A program made the translations under genes and the position numbers. Below, piece by piece: positions 20,716 through 29,942 of a DNA stretch of 64,000 nucleotides. Location: contig CAZVWB010000021.1 in assembly GCA_964631045.1 (NCBI GenBank), positions 1 to 64,000 of the forward strand. The letters are read 5' to 3'. Every line of letters begins with the position of its first letter. Position 1 is the stretch's first letter. This stretch comes from an uncultured Planctomycetales bacterium (GTDB taxonomy: Bacteria; Planctomycetota; Phycisphaerae; UBA1845; Fen-1342). The notes under the pieces were generated by a model, which saw nothing but the letters and a program-made list of their open reading frames with translations, was not told the origin of the DNA and made no database searches.

Positions 20716-21831
20716 ATGATCAACCGGATTCGTCAGATCACCGCGCTCGGTCAGGCCATCTGGCTGGACTTCATCAGCCGCGACCTGCTGCACTCCGGCG
20801 GGCTAAGCAGCCTGATCCACGACGGCGTCACCGGCGTCACGTCGAACCCGACGATCTTTCAGAAGGCGATCGCCGCGGGCGGGCTGTACGCCCAGCAAAT
20901 CCGCGAGCTGGCGGCCCGCGATCTGCCGCCGTACGAAATCTACGAGTCGATCGCGGTCCAGGACGTGGGCCAGGCCGCGGACCAGTTGCGCCCCGTCTTC
21001 AACGAAACGCACGGCCGCGACGGTTTCGTCAGCATCGAGGTCAACCCGCAGCTCGCGCACGACACCGAGGGCAGCGTGGCCGAGGGCCGGCGGCTCTTCG
21101 CGCGGATCGGCCGGCCGAACGTCATGATCAAGATTCCCGCGACCGAAGCGGGATTGCCGGCCATCAGCACGCTGATCGGCGAAGGCATCAACGTGAATGT
21201 CACGCTGATCTTCTCGTGCGACATGTACGATCGCGTCATGCGGGCCTACATCGACGGGCTGGGCGCGCTGCGCGCGTCGCGCCGGCCGGTGCATTCGGTC
21301 TCGTCGGTCGCCTCGTTCTTCGTCAGCCGCGTGGATTCGGTCGTTGACGACCTGCTGAAGGCGCGCAGCGCCGACGGCGAGGACGTCGACGACCTGCTGG
21401 GCCAGGCGGCGATCGCGAACTGCAAGGTGGCCTACACGCACTACAAGCGCGCGTTCGAAGGGCCGGCGTTCGAGGAACTGCGCAATCTCGGCGCCCGCGT
21501 GCAACGCCCGCTCTGGGCCAGCACCAGCACCAAGAACCCCGACTACTCGCCGACGCTGTATGTGGACACGCTGATCGGCCCCAACACGGTGAACACCGTT
21601 CCTCCGCAGACGCTGGAGGCGATTCGCACCGAGTCGGTGGTGGCCCAGTCGGTGGACCAGAACGTCGACGCCGCCTGTCTGGTGCTGGAGCGGCTCGGCC
21701 GGCTGGGCATCAACCTGAACACAGTGACCGATCAGTTGCTGGTCGATGGCGTGCGGCTGTTCGCCGATTCGTTCGAGAAGCTGCTGACGGATGTTGAAAG
21801 GGCTTGCACCGCGGTCGGCCAGGTCGCATAG
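20716..21831 (+). CDS. tal: transaldolase
   Basis: ATG at 20716 (MINRIRQITALGQAIWLDFISRD..). Motifs SNPTIF and IKIPAT are typical of transaldolase. Confidence 0.9.
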   Translation: MINRIRQITALGQAIWLDFISRDLLHSGGLSSLIHDGVTGVTSNPTIFQKAIAAGGLYAQQIRELAARDLPPYEIYESIAVQDVGQAADQLRPVFNETHGRDGFVSIEVNPQLAHDTEGSVAEGRRLFARIGRPNVMIKIPATEAGLPAISTLIGEGINVNVTLIFSCDMYDRVMRAYIDGLGALRASRRPVHSVSSVASFFVSRVDSVVDDLLKARSADGEDVDDLLGQAAIANCKVAYTHYKRAFEGPAFEELRNLGARVQRPLWASTSTKNPDYSPTLYVDTLIGPNTVNTVPPQTLEAIRTESVVAQSVDQNVDAACLVLERLGRLGINLNTVTDQLLVDGVRLFADSFEKLLTDVERACTAVGQVA

Positions 21832-21939
21832 AGACGATCCGGGCGCCGCCGCCGCTCACGCGACCGGCCCGCGCCGACCCGCCCGGTCAGATCCCCAGTC
21901 CAGCGGCTTTCGCGACCCTTCGCGTTTTTCCGCATTTTT

Positions 21940-21967
21940 TTGACTTCCGCCATTTCTGGTGTATATT
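21940..21967 (+). promoter_or_regulatory. sigma70-type promoter (-35 TTGACT, 16-bp spacer, -10 TATATT)
   Basis: An AT-rich island in an otherwise GC-rich intergenic region: tttttttgacttccgccatttctggtgtatattcc. Confidence 0.5.
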
Positions 21968-21974
21968 CCTAGTT

Positions 21975-22302
21975 ACCGGTAATCGACCGGGGTTTCGTCG
22001 CCGCGATGGGTGCGGCGGCTGATCCGCGCGATTACTCGAAGGGACATGCTTCGTGCAACACAGAGGTCTGGACATCCTCAAATTCGCCACACGATGGAGC
22101 GACCGATCCGGAGTCATACTCCGGTTCGGATGCGACATTCTGCCGGCTGACGCGCCACGATCGTCGCTGTTGACGGTCGACGGCGGTTACGTCGGAGGTG
22201 CGGCGAAGGAGATTACGGATACCGGTCCTCCGCGGTAGCCCTCGGGCAATTTTCGCTCGGGTGCGCAAGCCCCGGAGGCCGACAGGCCCCGGGGTTTTTT
22301 GT
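21975..22302 (+). ncRNA. candidate ~325-nt small RNA of unknown family
   Basis: Bounded by the promoter above and a strong intrinsic terminator. The only ORF in the unit (61 codons, GTG start) has weak GC3 bias for this genome. No match to tmRNA, RNase P, SRP or 6S RNA is evident by eye. Confidence 0.35.
22270..22302 (+). terminator. rho-independent terminator
   Basis: gccccggaggcc-gaca-ggccccgggg, a ~10-bp GC stem, followed by TTTTTTGTT. Confidence 0.75.
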
Positions 22303-22438
22303 TGCGCAGCGCGTGCAACACCGGACGGTCTACGTTGGGTTGAATCGCCTTCGGCCGGCGGCGCGCTCCGCACCGGCGTACGGTCTGCGGGTCGCGTTCC
22401 GTGAACGGGCTCGAACCGAGGGTGTTTTGGCCGCCATA

Positions 22439-22511
22439 GGGTCGGTAGCTCAGCGGCATGAGCATCGGTTGCGTAAACCGACGGGCGCAGGTTCGATTCC
22501 TGCCCGACCTC
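22439..22511 (+). tRNA. tRNA, probably Thr(CGU), with an unusual anticodon loop
   Basis: Cloverleaf read by eye: acceptor gggtcgg/ccgacct, D-arm gctc-agcggcat-gagc, anticodon stem tcggt/accga with loop tgcgtaa, variable cgggc, T-arm gcagg-ttcgatt-cctgc. CCA is not encoded. G at position 33 is non-canonical. Confidence 0.7.
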
Positions 22512-23040
22512 CGCAGATGGCTCGAAGAGAGCTCAGGGGTTCGACTCCCCACTTGCTTTGACGCAAGAGCGTGGTCGCAGAGACAGCAGCTCGAATGGGA
22601 GGTTTGAGGCGCCGCCGCGCGAGTCGGCGGCGAGTTTGACCGCGGGCGAGCGATCGCACCGCGGCGGAACCGACGACGACGCCGATCGGACGGCCCCGAC
22701 GTCGGGAATGAACAGTGCGGCGACAACGGCATTCAGGCCGCCCAGCGCCGGGGGGGTGCGCGGGCGGTCCGATTCTCTCGGAGCCGCACCGTCTCTCCCG
22801 ATGCCGCCGTGCGAGCGGGTGCGCAGCGGCGTCCTCGGCCTCCTGTTCGAGCGTGTAGAGATCAACGACGCACGGCGGCGCGGCGGACGCGAAGTCCGCG
22901 GCGGGCTGCGGCGTCTCTTCCGGACACCAGACATACCGAAACGCCCGCCGCATGCGGTGCGGCTCGCTAGTCTGGTCTTATGCAGCAGAGGATTTGTCTT
23001 GTTGAGTGTTCGAATTCGTAGTCACGAGCGCGGTCTGTGG

Positions 23041-24123
23041 ATGCGCCACGGCGAGTTTCGCGGCCTGCTCATGCCAGGTATGCACCGCTTCTGGGGCAAC
23101 CTGCTCCGCCGCAACCGCGACACCGTCGAGGTGGTCAGCACGCTGAGCACCCGCTTCGAGCACCCGCTGCTCGACGCGCTGCTGGCGCACGCGGCGCTGC
23201 GCGACGCGCTGAAGGTCGTAGACCTGACCGATGCGGATCGCGCCCTGGTGTGGCGCGACGGCCGCCTGCTGAACGTGCTCGGCCCCGGCCGCCATGCGTT
23301 CTGGCGCGCGCCGTACACGCTGGACGTGGAGCTGTTCAACCTCCGCGACCCGGAGCTGGCGCACCCGCGGCTGGAGACGATCGTCAAGCACCCGGGCGCC
23401 CGCGGCCTGATCGAGACGATCGACGTCCCCAGCGGGACCACGATGCTGCTGTACCGCAACCACAGGCTGGTCGGTCCGCTGGCTGAAGGCCGCCATGCAT
23501 ACTGGACCGGCAGCGGTGCGATCACCTGGAAGGCGGTGGATCGCCGCGAGCAGATCGCCGACGTCGCCGGTCAGGACATCATGACCGCCGACAAGGTCAC
23601 GCTGCGCGTGAACCTGCTGGTGACCTACGTGGTGGCCGACCCGCTCGCGGCGGTCGTCAATGTCAACGACGTCGCCGGCACGCTGTATCGCGAGGCGCAG
23701 CTCGCCCTGCGTGCGGTGGTCGGCGCGCGGCACCTGGACGCGCTGCTGGCCGACAAGAACGCCGTCGGCGGCGAGGTGCGCGAGGCGCTCGCGCAGCGGG
23801 CCGCGGAGTTCGGCGTGAGCGTTCGCAGCGTCGGTCTGCGCGACATCATCCTTCCGGGTGAGATGCGCGAGATCCTGAATCAGGTCATCGCCGCGGAGAA
23901 GCAGGCCCAGGCGAATCTGATCAAGCGGCGCGAGGAAACCGCCGCGGCCCGCAGCCAGGCGAACACCGCCCGGCTGTTGGCGGAGAACCCGATGTTGCTG
24001 CGGTTGCGCGAGTTGGAGCTGCTGCAGGAGACGCTGGCGGGCGCGAAGGCGACGTTCGTCTTCGGTCCGGAGGACCTCACGCGGCAGGTCCGCAAGCTGA
24101 TCGAGACCGAGCCCAGCGGTTGA
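23041..24123 (+). CDS. SPFH/band-7 (stomatin/slipin-like) family protein
   Basis: The region DKVTLRVNLLVTYVVADPLAAV...LYREAQLALRAVVG...VREALAQRAAEFGVSVRSVGLRDIILPGEMREI is SPFH-like, with a coiled-coil C-terminus. The Arg-rich N-terminal extension of ORF 22558..24123 is probably not translated. Start uncertain (23001-23041). Confidence 0.78.
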   Translation: MRHGEFRGLLMPGMHRFWGNLLRRNRDTVEVVSTLSTRFEHPLLDALLAHAALRDALKVVDLTDADRALVWRDGRLLNVLGPGRHAFWRAPYTLDVELFNLRDPELAHPRLETIVKHPGARGLIETIDVPSGTTMLLYRNHRLVGPLAEGRHAYWTGSGAITWKAVDRREQIADVAGQDIMTADKVTLRVNLLVTYVVADPLAAVVNVNDVAGTLYREAQLALRAVVGARHLDALLADKNAVGGEVREALAQRAAEFGVSVRSVGLRDIILPGEMREILNQVIAAEKQAQANLIKRREETAAARSQANTARLLAENPMLLRLRELELLQETLAGAKATFVFGPEDLTRQVRKLIETEPSG

Positions 24124-24378
24124 CGCGGCCCACGGGAGCCGGCCGCGCCGCCGCACGGTTTGAGAAAGGGGGTGTGTATCGTCGCAGGGCGTCCGCGCGC
24201 CGGCAGCGCGCGGACGCCTCACTTTCACGTCGCCCCCGTCGCGAAATTCTGTTGCCCGCCCGCTCGACCCGCCGGTATATTTCTGTGCGCTCGCTGCAAG
24301 TCCGACGAACGTGGGCAGTCTATCTTTCTGTCAAGCCGTGGCCATGTGTTGCCGCGACGACCAATCGGGAGGTACAGC

Positions 24379-25140
24379 ATGAATTCGGGGCGTGCGAATC
24401 TCGCATCCATGACCGCGTGGGCGGCGCTGGCGCTCGGCTTGGTTCCGGTCGGCGGTTGCGGCTACATCTTCCCCGCGATCCAGGGCGGCAAGATGCTGAT
24501 TGACATGCGCGACGAGCGAAAGGAGCGCAAGGCTGAAGCCGCCCGCGCGGATGAGCGTCACAAACTGGACATGGAGCAGGCGCAACGCGACCAGGAGGCG
24601 CGGGAGCGCGCGGAGCAGGATCGCCGCACCGCCGAGGCGGAGCGAAATCGCAATCGGGCGATGCCGCCGGACGTGCTGGAAAACCTGGCCGACAAGATCG
24701 CCGCGACGATCGCCCACGATCTGCCGCGGACGCGTCGAGCCCGCGAGCACTTCGCCGAGCACGAAACGCGCATGGTCCTGCGTCTGAAGGACGTGCAGAA
24801 CCGCACGCAGCACACGCCGACGAGCGATGTCGAGAGTTTGCGCGGCAAAGTGATGGCCCGGCTGCGCGATGATCCGGAGTTCTCGCGATACTTCCTCATC
24901 AGTGAGGATCGCGACGTGGTCGAGAGCATCCGCAGGAAGTCGGAAGGCGACGACAAGCCGATCTTCGATGACGACGCGGGTAATCAGGCGAACAGCTATG
25001 ACGCCGACCATCTCTGGAACCTGCTGATCGAGGTGTTCGACCACGATCGTCCCGGTCGGACCGAGTGGCGCGCCCACCTCGACGCAACGCACATGAAGTC
25101 GCGCGAGGTAGTCCTGAGCGCGGAGATCAACCCTCAATAG
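24379..25140 (+). CDS. hypothetical lipoprotein with a charged coiled-coil segment
   Basis: GGGAGG RBS 6 nt upstream. Signal peptide plus lipobox (LGLVPVGGC). ER/K/D-rich predicted helix. No known domain recognised. Confidence 0.65.
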   Translation: MNSGRANLASMTAWAALALGLVPVGGCGYIFPAIQGGKMLIDMRDERKERKAEAARADERHKLDMEQAQRDQEARERAEQDRRTAEAERNRNRAMPPDVLENLADKIAATIAHDLPRTRRAREHFAEHETRMVLRLKDVQNRTQHTPTSDVESLRGKVMARLRDDPEFSRYFLISEDRDVVESIRRKSEGDDKPIFDDDAGNQANSYDADHLWNLLIEVFDHDRPGRTEWRAHLDATHMKSREVVLSAEINPQ

Positions 25141-25226
25141 TGCGGTGCGGCCCGCGGCGCGGTGCGGCGGGGCTTCTCTGATTGCGTCATTGCAGGGCGG
25201 GAGAGCGCCCGCGCGGGAGGTTCGGC

Positions 25227-27269
25227 ATGTTCGGCTCGATTCGCATCCTGACCACGTTCCTGGCGACCGCGTTTGTGGCGGGGGCGCTCTGCGCGCAAGA
25301 GGGTGATTTGCCGCCGCCGCCCAAGGGCGACCCGGCCGACGTCAATCAGCAAGCCCGCGAGGCGCGCAAGCGCGAGGGCGACGCGGCTCTGGCTGATCTG
25401 GCGGCGGCGTGGAAAGCGTCGGGGCGGCCGTCGCTGATCGTGCTGGTCGGCGCGCCGCTTTCGATGATCGATGAGTGGACGCGACACGAGGTTCGCGTCC
25501 GCGCCAGCGGAGCGGCGCCCAAGCAGGTGACCACGATGGATGACGCGCCGGAGTCGCCGCGCGAACCACGGGAGGTGGCAGCGGCGCTCGCGCCGCTGCG
25601 CTACATCGGCGACAACCTGACGCTCGACGATCCGGCCGGTCTGCTGCAGCGCGTTTCGAACCATATTCGCACGCGCCTGGGCGAGAACGGCATCGCCAAT
25701 ATCGTAGACCCCGCGGCTACGGCGGAGGCCCGCGCGCGGCTGATGGCCGCGTACGCGCAGGCGGGCGAGGATGAGCTGCTGGCGAGCATCGCCGCCGAGG
25801 TCGGCGCAGAATTCGTGCTCTACGCCCGGCTGAGCAGCTTTCAGCGCGAATCGACCGAAGGGCAGCCGCCGGAGTTGCGTGTCGCGATCTCCCTTGAGAT
25901 CAAGGTTCCGACGACGGGCCGCTCGCACGCCGCCGGCAACCTGCCCGATGCGCGGCTGGGCGTGGGCAACGAGTTCGTCTCTGCCTACGGCGATCGCATG
26001 ACGCACGCTTTCAGCCGGCAACTGCGATCGATTCTGGATATGCGCAGCGGGGACGGAGTGCAGTACATCTTGAAGGTGCGCGGCATCGACCTGAATGCCG
26101 CCGTGAAGCTCGCCGCGGCCGCGCGCGCGGCGCTGCCAGAGGCGCTGACGACGTTCGACGTGAAGCGCACCGGCGGGGTCCGCAACGAGCCGGTCGCCGA
26201 CATCGACGCCTGGTTTCGAGGCGACGCGATCGGCCTGTACACCGCGCTCCAACCGGTCTTCCGCGAGAGTCTAGGTCTTGATGTATGGTCGCCGGACATG
26301 GCTCCCGGCAGGCTCACCCTGGTCACAGCGCCGGCACGCGAGCAGCCCACGCGCCGCGAACGGTGGGAGCTACTGCTGCAACCCGGCGAGGCGGGCGGCG
26401 CGCAACTTCGCACCCTTCTTCAGACGTGCTACATGGAGAAGAGTCGGCCGAAGATCGGAGTCATCATCAATCAGGAACTGTCCGACCTGAAGCGCGAGGC
26501 GCTCACGGATGCGGAACTGCAGCAATATGGACTCGATCCCGGCGTCGCGCGTGTCGTTCGGCTCATCGTTCCGCCGGGGGCCGGCGGCCTGGCGGACGGC
26601 GCGCTGGATACGGCGACGCTTCAGAACCACATCATCGGCGAGTTCACCGAGTTTGGTCTCACAGTTCACGATGCCGCCGAGGCGCAGGCCAAGTGCCTGC
26701 AAGAGGCCGACCGGACGGGCAAGCTGATGGAAGACGCGACGCTCCGTCAACTGCTGCGCAGCGCCGACGGCGTCGATGTCCTGGTTCGCGGCCTCGGAAA
26801 GCGAATCGACGCGAACCAGCCGCGGTTCGCGTTCACCTTCGACGTGATCGAGACGCGCACCGGGCACATCCTGGCGGTCGCCAGCGACTCGGTGCTCGCG
26901 ACCGAGTTCGTCGATGGCCGAGACGCGCTGACGCGGCTCGCCGAGCGCGTTTCGGCGAAACTCGCGGATCAACTCATCCTGAAGTGGCACCCGCCGCAGA
27001 CCATCGAAGTAACCGTGTATGGAGCGATGTCGCAGGATCATGTCTTCGCCGTGATGAACATGTTCAAGGACGACATTGACGGCGTCCTGCGCACCGGCTT
27101 CCGCGACTTTTCCGCGGGGGACGCAGCGGTCGGGCGCTTTTGGATCGACTACAACGGCACGTATCAGTCGCTGATCGATCAGATTCGCCAGAAGAGCGAC
27201 GTGCTGAACTTCACGATCAAGACGGACACAGCGCATCGGTCGATACTGAGTATTCAGGTGAAAGAATGA
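25227..27269 (+). CDS. hypothetical secreted protein (680 aa)
   Basis: GGGAGG RBS. Signal peptide MFGSIRILTTFLATAFVAGALCAQ. Conserved-looking VLY..L......L.L...G segments. Function unknown. Confidence 0.65.
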   Translation: MFGSIRILTTFLATAFVAGALCAQEGDLPPPPKGDPADVNQQAREARKREGDAALADLAAAWKASGRPSLIVLVGAPLSMIDEWTRHEVRVRASGAAPKQVTTMDDAPESPREPREVAAALAPLRYIGDNLTLDDPAGLLQRVSNHIRTRLGENGIANIVDPAATAEARARLMAAYAQAGEDELLASIAAEVGAEFVLYARLSSFQRESTEGQPPELRVAISLEIKVPTTGRSHAAGNLPDARLGVGNEFVSAYGDRMTHAFSRQLRSILDMRSGDGVQYILKVRGIDLNAAVKLAAAARAALPEALTTFDVKRTGGVRNEPVADIDAWFRGDAIGLYTALQPVFRESLGLDVWSPDMAPGRLTLVTAPAREQPTRRERWELLLQPGEAGGAQLRTLLQTCYMEKSRPKIGVIINQELSDLKREALTDAELQQYGLDPGVARVVRLIVPPGAGGLADGALDTATLQNHIIGEFTEFGLTVHDAAEAQAKCLQEADRTGKLMEDATLRQLLRSADGVDVLVRGLGKRIDANQPRFAFTFDVIETRTGHILAVASDSVLATEFVDGRDALTRLAERVSAKLADQLILKWHPPQTIEVTVYGAMSQDHVFAVMNMFKDDIDGVLRTGFRDFSAGDAAVGRFWIDYNGTYQSLIDQIRQKSDVLNFTIKTDTAHRSILSIQVKE

Positions 27270-27910
27270 CACGCCCCGCGCGGTTCACGCCCTGGCACGG
27301 CGGCTCGCTGAGCATCGGACTGTGGGTCCTGCTGCAGGCGGGATGCGTGTCAAACCCAGCCCGCATGGAGGCGGCGCCGGGCGGCCCTGGCCTTGCGGCT
27401 GATCCCAGCCCTGTCACGCCGCAAAGATGGGAGACGGAGTTTCCCGGCGTCTGCCTTGACGACATCGAACGAACGACCGATGCGGCTTCCGCCGAGCTCT
27501 GGGGGGCACTGGTCAAGTCGCCGACCGTTCAGAACATTCGAGATACCTACGCTCCGAGCCTCGTGCTTGCTCCGCGCAATCTTACAAACAGCTCCCGCGT
27601 CAAGACGCCTGCGCTGATGCGCTTTGTAAAGAAAACGCTGCGGAAGCTGGACCGCAGTGCGCAGGAATCCGACTTTCCGATCACCGTGCGCTACAATCAG
27701 TTTGCGACGGGCGGAACGTATCGCGATCCAGGCGTGCTGGCGCTCGATCTCGAGTTGACCGGCCACGAGCGGCCGAGTGAAGCCGCGGCGTCGCCGCCTG
27801 TAGTCGACTACAACGCCGTCTTCGAAGTGATGTGCGAGAGCGCCGGGCAAGTGGTCGCCGCCAGCGACAAGAGACTGCCGCCGCGCCCCGATCCCACCCT
27901 ATCGCCCTGA
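27266..27910 (+). CDS. hypothetical secreted protein or lipoprotein (215 aa)
   Basis: ATGA overlap with the upstream gene. N-terminus GSLSIGLWVLLQAGC looks like a signal peptide with a cysteine. Confidence 0.55.
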   Translation: MTRPARFTPWHGGSLSIGLWVLLQAGCVSNPARMEAAPGGPGLAADPSPVTPQRWETEFPGVCLDDIERTTDAASAELWGALVKSPTVQNIRDTYAPSLVLAPRNLTNSSRVKTPALMRFVKKTLRKLDRSAQESDFPITVRYNQFATGGTYRDPGVLALDLELTGHERPSEAAASPPVVDYNAVFEVMCESAGQVVAASDKRLPPRPDPTLSP

Positions 27911-29578
27911 CCCGCCCGCCTTGATGCGCTCCATGATCGCCGGCAGGTTGCGCGCCTGCGCGGCCGATTCCGGCGTCGCGCCCGCCTCGTTCGCCAGCCG
28001 CGGATCGGCGCGATTCGCCAATAGCAGATCAATCACGCGCACCGCCGGCCCGAGCATTCCCCCCTGAGAAACGCCGTCGATCGCCGCGTGCAGCGGCGCG
28101 TTGCCCTGTTTGTCTTGCGCGTTCGGGTCCGCCCCCGCGCTCAGCAACGCCTGAACCGCGACCGCCGCGTGAGCCCGCGCGGCGACGTGCAGCGCCGTGC
28201 GCCCGCGCTGATCGCGACCGTCCAGCGCCGCACCGGCGGCCAGCAGCAACGGAATCACATCCGCGGCGCGATCGTGATCCGCCACCAGATGAAGCGCGCT
28301 AAACCCGTGATGAACCACCTGACCATCGACCCGCGCACCCCCGGCGAGCAATTGCCGCACCACCGCCGTACGCCCGCGCTCGCAAGCCATGTGCAGCGGC
28401 GTGTACTGATTGACGTCCTGCGCGTTGATCGCGGCGCCGGATCTCAACAGTAGCGGCACGACGCTCGATGAGCCTCGGAATGCCGCCCGGTGCAGGAGCG
28501 ACTCGCCGCCGGTCCCGCGGGCGTTCACTACGCCGGCAACCGCCAGCGCCGTCGCGAGCCGCGCCGGATCGTCTTCGTTCACCGCGATGAGCGCCAGCGC
28601 CTGTGCACCGGCGAGATTCAGCGCGGCTGCGGGCGCACCGCCGGCTGGGCGCTGCGCGGCCGCTGCCGGCGGCGCGCCCGGGGCGTCCGGGGCAGGCTCC
28701 GGCTTCGCTGCCGCGTCCGCCGCGGGAGCGATTCGCCTGCCGAGCGCGATCTCCTTACTGGCCAGATCGGTCGCGATCACGATTTCCGGCTTCTGGACGC
28801 GGCCGATCTGCCGCGCGTGCTCGCGCGTCCGCTCCGCCGCGTAGTCGAACGCTTCACGCGCGTTGACGATGTTGTCGCCGTTCGAGTCGGCGGCGCCGGC
28901 CAGCGCTTCCGCGAAGTAGTTCGTAAACACGCCCTGCCGCAACTCCGCGCTTTCGTTCGAGCGCTCTCCGCCCGAGCACGCGAAAATCGTCACAAAACTC
29001 TTGCCGGCGGCCTGTTCGCGCCATTCGCGCTCCAGGCCGCGCGTGCCGCGCTGCTCGCCCGACACGTCGTTGCGGCACGCGTCCAGAATCAGCAGCTTGT
29101 TCTGCGCCGGCGAGCGCTCGAACGCCTCGCGCAGTTCGTCGATCGCAATCGCCGATTGCTCGCTGGCCCCGTCGATCGGCAGGATGTAGCCGCGCCGCCC
29201 CTTATCGGTGGCGTACTGCACGCCGTGCCCCGCAAAGAAAACCAGCACGGTGTCCTCGGGCCTGGCGTCATCCAGCAGTTGCCGCAGGCGGTCGCGGATG
29301 ACCCCGCCGGTCGGCTGGTTGTAGCGATCCGGCGATTCGTCGAGCAGCAGCGTGATGTCGCCAGGTGCGAACTCGCCGCAGCGCACCAGTCGCTCGCGCA
29401 GCAGTCGTGCATCATTCGCGCAATAGGCCAGCGGCGGCTCGCTGACGTGCTGATTGACGCCGATCAGCAACCCCAGCCGCCTGCCCTTCTCCACCGGCGG
29501 CTGCGCCGTCGCTCCCGCGGCGCCCACGGTAAACAGTAGCACGGCCAGACAGGTGCGCCGTATCCAAAACGCCGCCAT
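27899..29578 (-). CDS. secreted caspase-like (peptidase C14) domain fused to ankyrin repeats
   Basis: Signal peptide MAAFWIRRTCLAVLLFTVGAAGATAQP. Caspase His/Cys dyad context (VLVFFAGHG ... LLILDACRN). At least 4 C-terminal ankyrin repeats (G.TPLH.A...GH...V..LL..GA). Confidence 0.8.
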   Translation of the reverse strand: MAAFWIRRTCLAVLLFTVGAAGATAQPPVEKGRRLGLLIGVNQHVSEPPLAYCANDARLLRERLVRCGEFAPGDITLLLDESPDRYNQPTGGVIRDRLRQLLDDARPEDTVLVFFAGHGVQYATDKGRRGYILPIDGASEQSAIAIDELREAFERSPAQNKLLILDACRNDVSGEQRGTRGLEREWREQAAGKSFVTIFACSGGERSNESAELRQGVFTNYFAEALAGAADSNGDNIVNAREAFDYAAERTREHARQIGRVQKPEIVIATDLASKEIALGRRIAPAADAAAKPEPAPDAPGAPPAAAAQRPAGGAPAAALNLAGAQALALIAVNEDDPARLATALAVAGVVNARGTGGESLLHRAAFRGSSSVVPLLLRSGAAINAQDVNQYTPLHMACERGRTAVVRQLLAGGARVDGQVVHHGFSALHLVADHDRAADVIPLLLAAGAALDGRDQRGRTALHVAARAHAAVAVQALLSAGADPNAQDKQGNAPLHAAIDGVSQGGMLGPAVRVIDLLLANRADPRLANEAGATPESAAQARNLPAIMERIKAGGSGR

Positions 29579-29942
29579 TCGCGTCTCCCCGGACTTGTTG
29601 GCACGGCCGCGCCTCGCACATGCGCGCGCCGTCCCGCGCCGCATAGTCTAGTCGCTGGCAGCGCCGCCGGGACGCCCGCCGCAAGGAGAAACCCGGGTGC
29701 CTCGCGTGGCTTGGCGCCGGCGGATACGGCCGATGTCGACGAGCCAGCGCGTGATTCTATCTTGCGAGCAGCGCCTTCTGACGCGCCACGACGGCAAGGA
29801 AAGGACCACGCTCGACAGCTCGAAAAGCGAGTCGCGGATTGCGCTCGCGTCCCCGGCGGCCCGCGAGCGTCGCACGCTTTGCCGTCCGCCGCACCCGTCG
29901 CCCGCACTGCCCCTGTGCCGCCGGCGGGCGTATGATCGGAAC

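Noticed and set aside
22053-22238. 61-codon ORF (GTG start) lying between the sigma70-like promoter and the intrinsic terminator
   Set aside because: Third-position GC (~63%) is well below that of genuine genes here. There is no good RBS and no recognisable family. It is more likely non-coding RNA, kept only as an alternative in the sRNA finding.
22527-22550. Possible second tRNA or permuted tmRNA T-arm (GGGG-TTCGACT-CCCC)
   Set aside because: No acceptor stem, no anticodon arm and no CCA-proximal pairing partner could be found. The candidate sRNA contains no tag-peptide reading frame. Retained only as a tRNA-fragment-like hairpin.
22558-23040. N-terminal 160-aa extension of the SPFH gene ORF
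   Set aside because: Arg/Gly-rich low-complexity with no hydrophobic segment. The conserved SPFH similarity begins near 23000-23041, so the long ORF is probably a read-through artefact of the high-GC frame.
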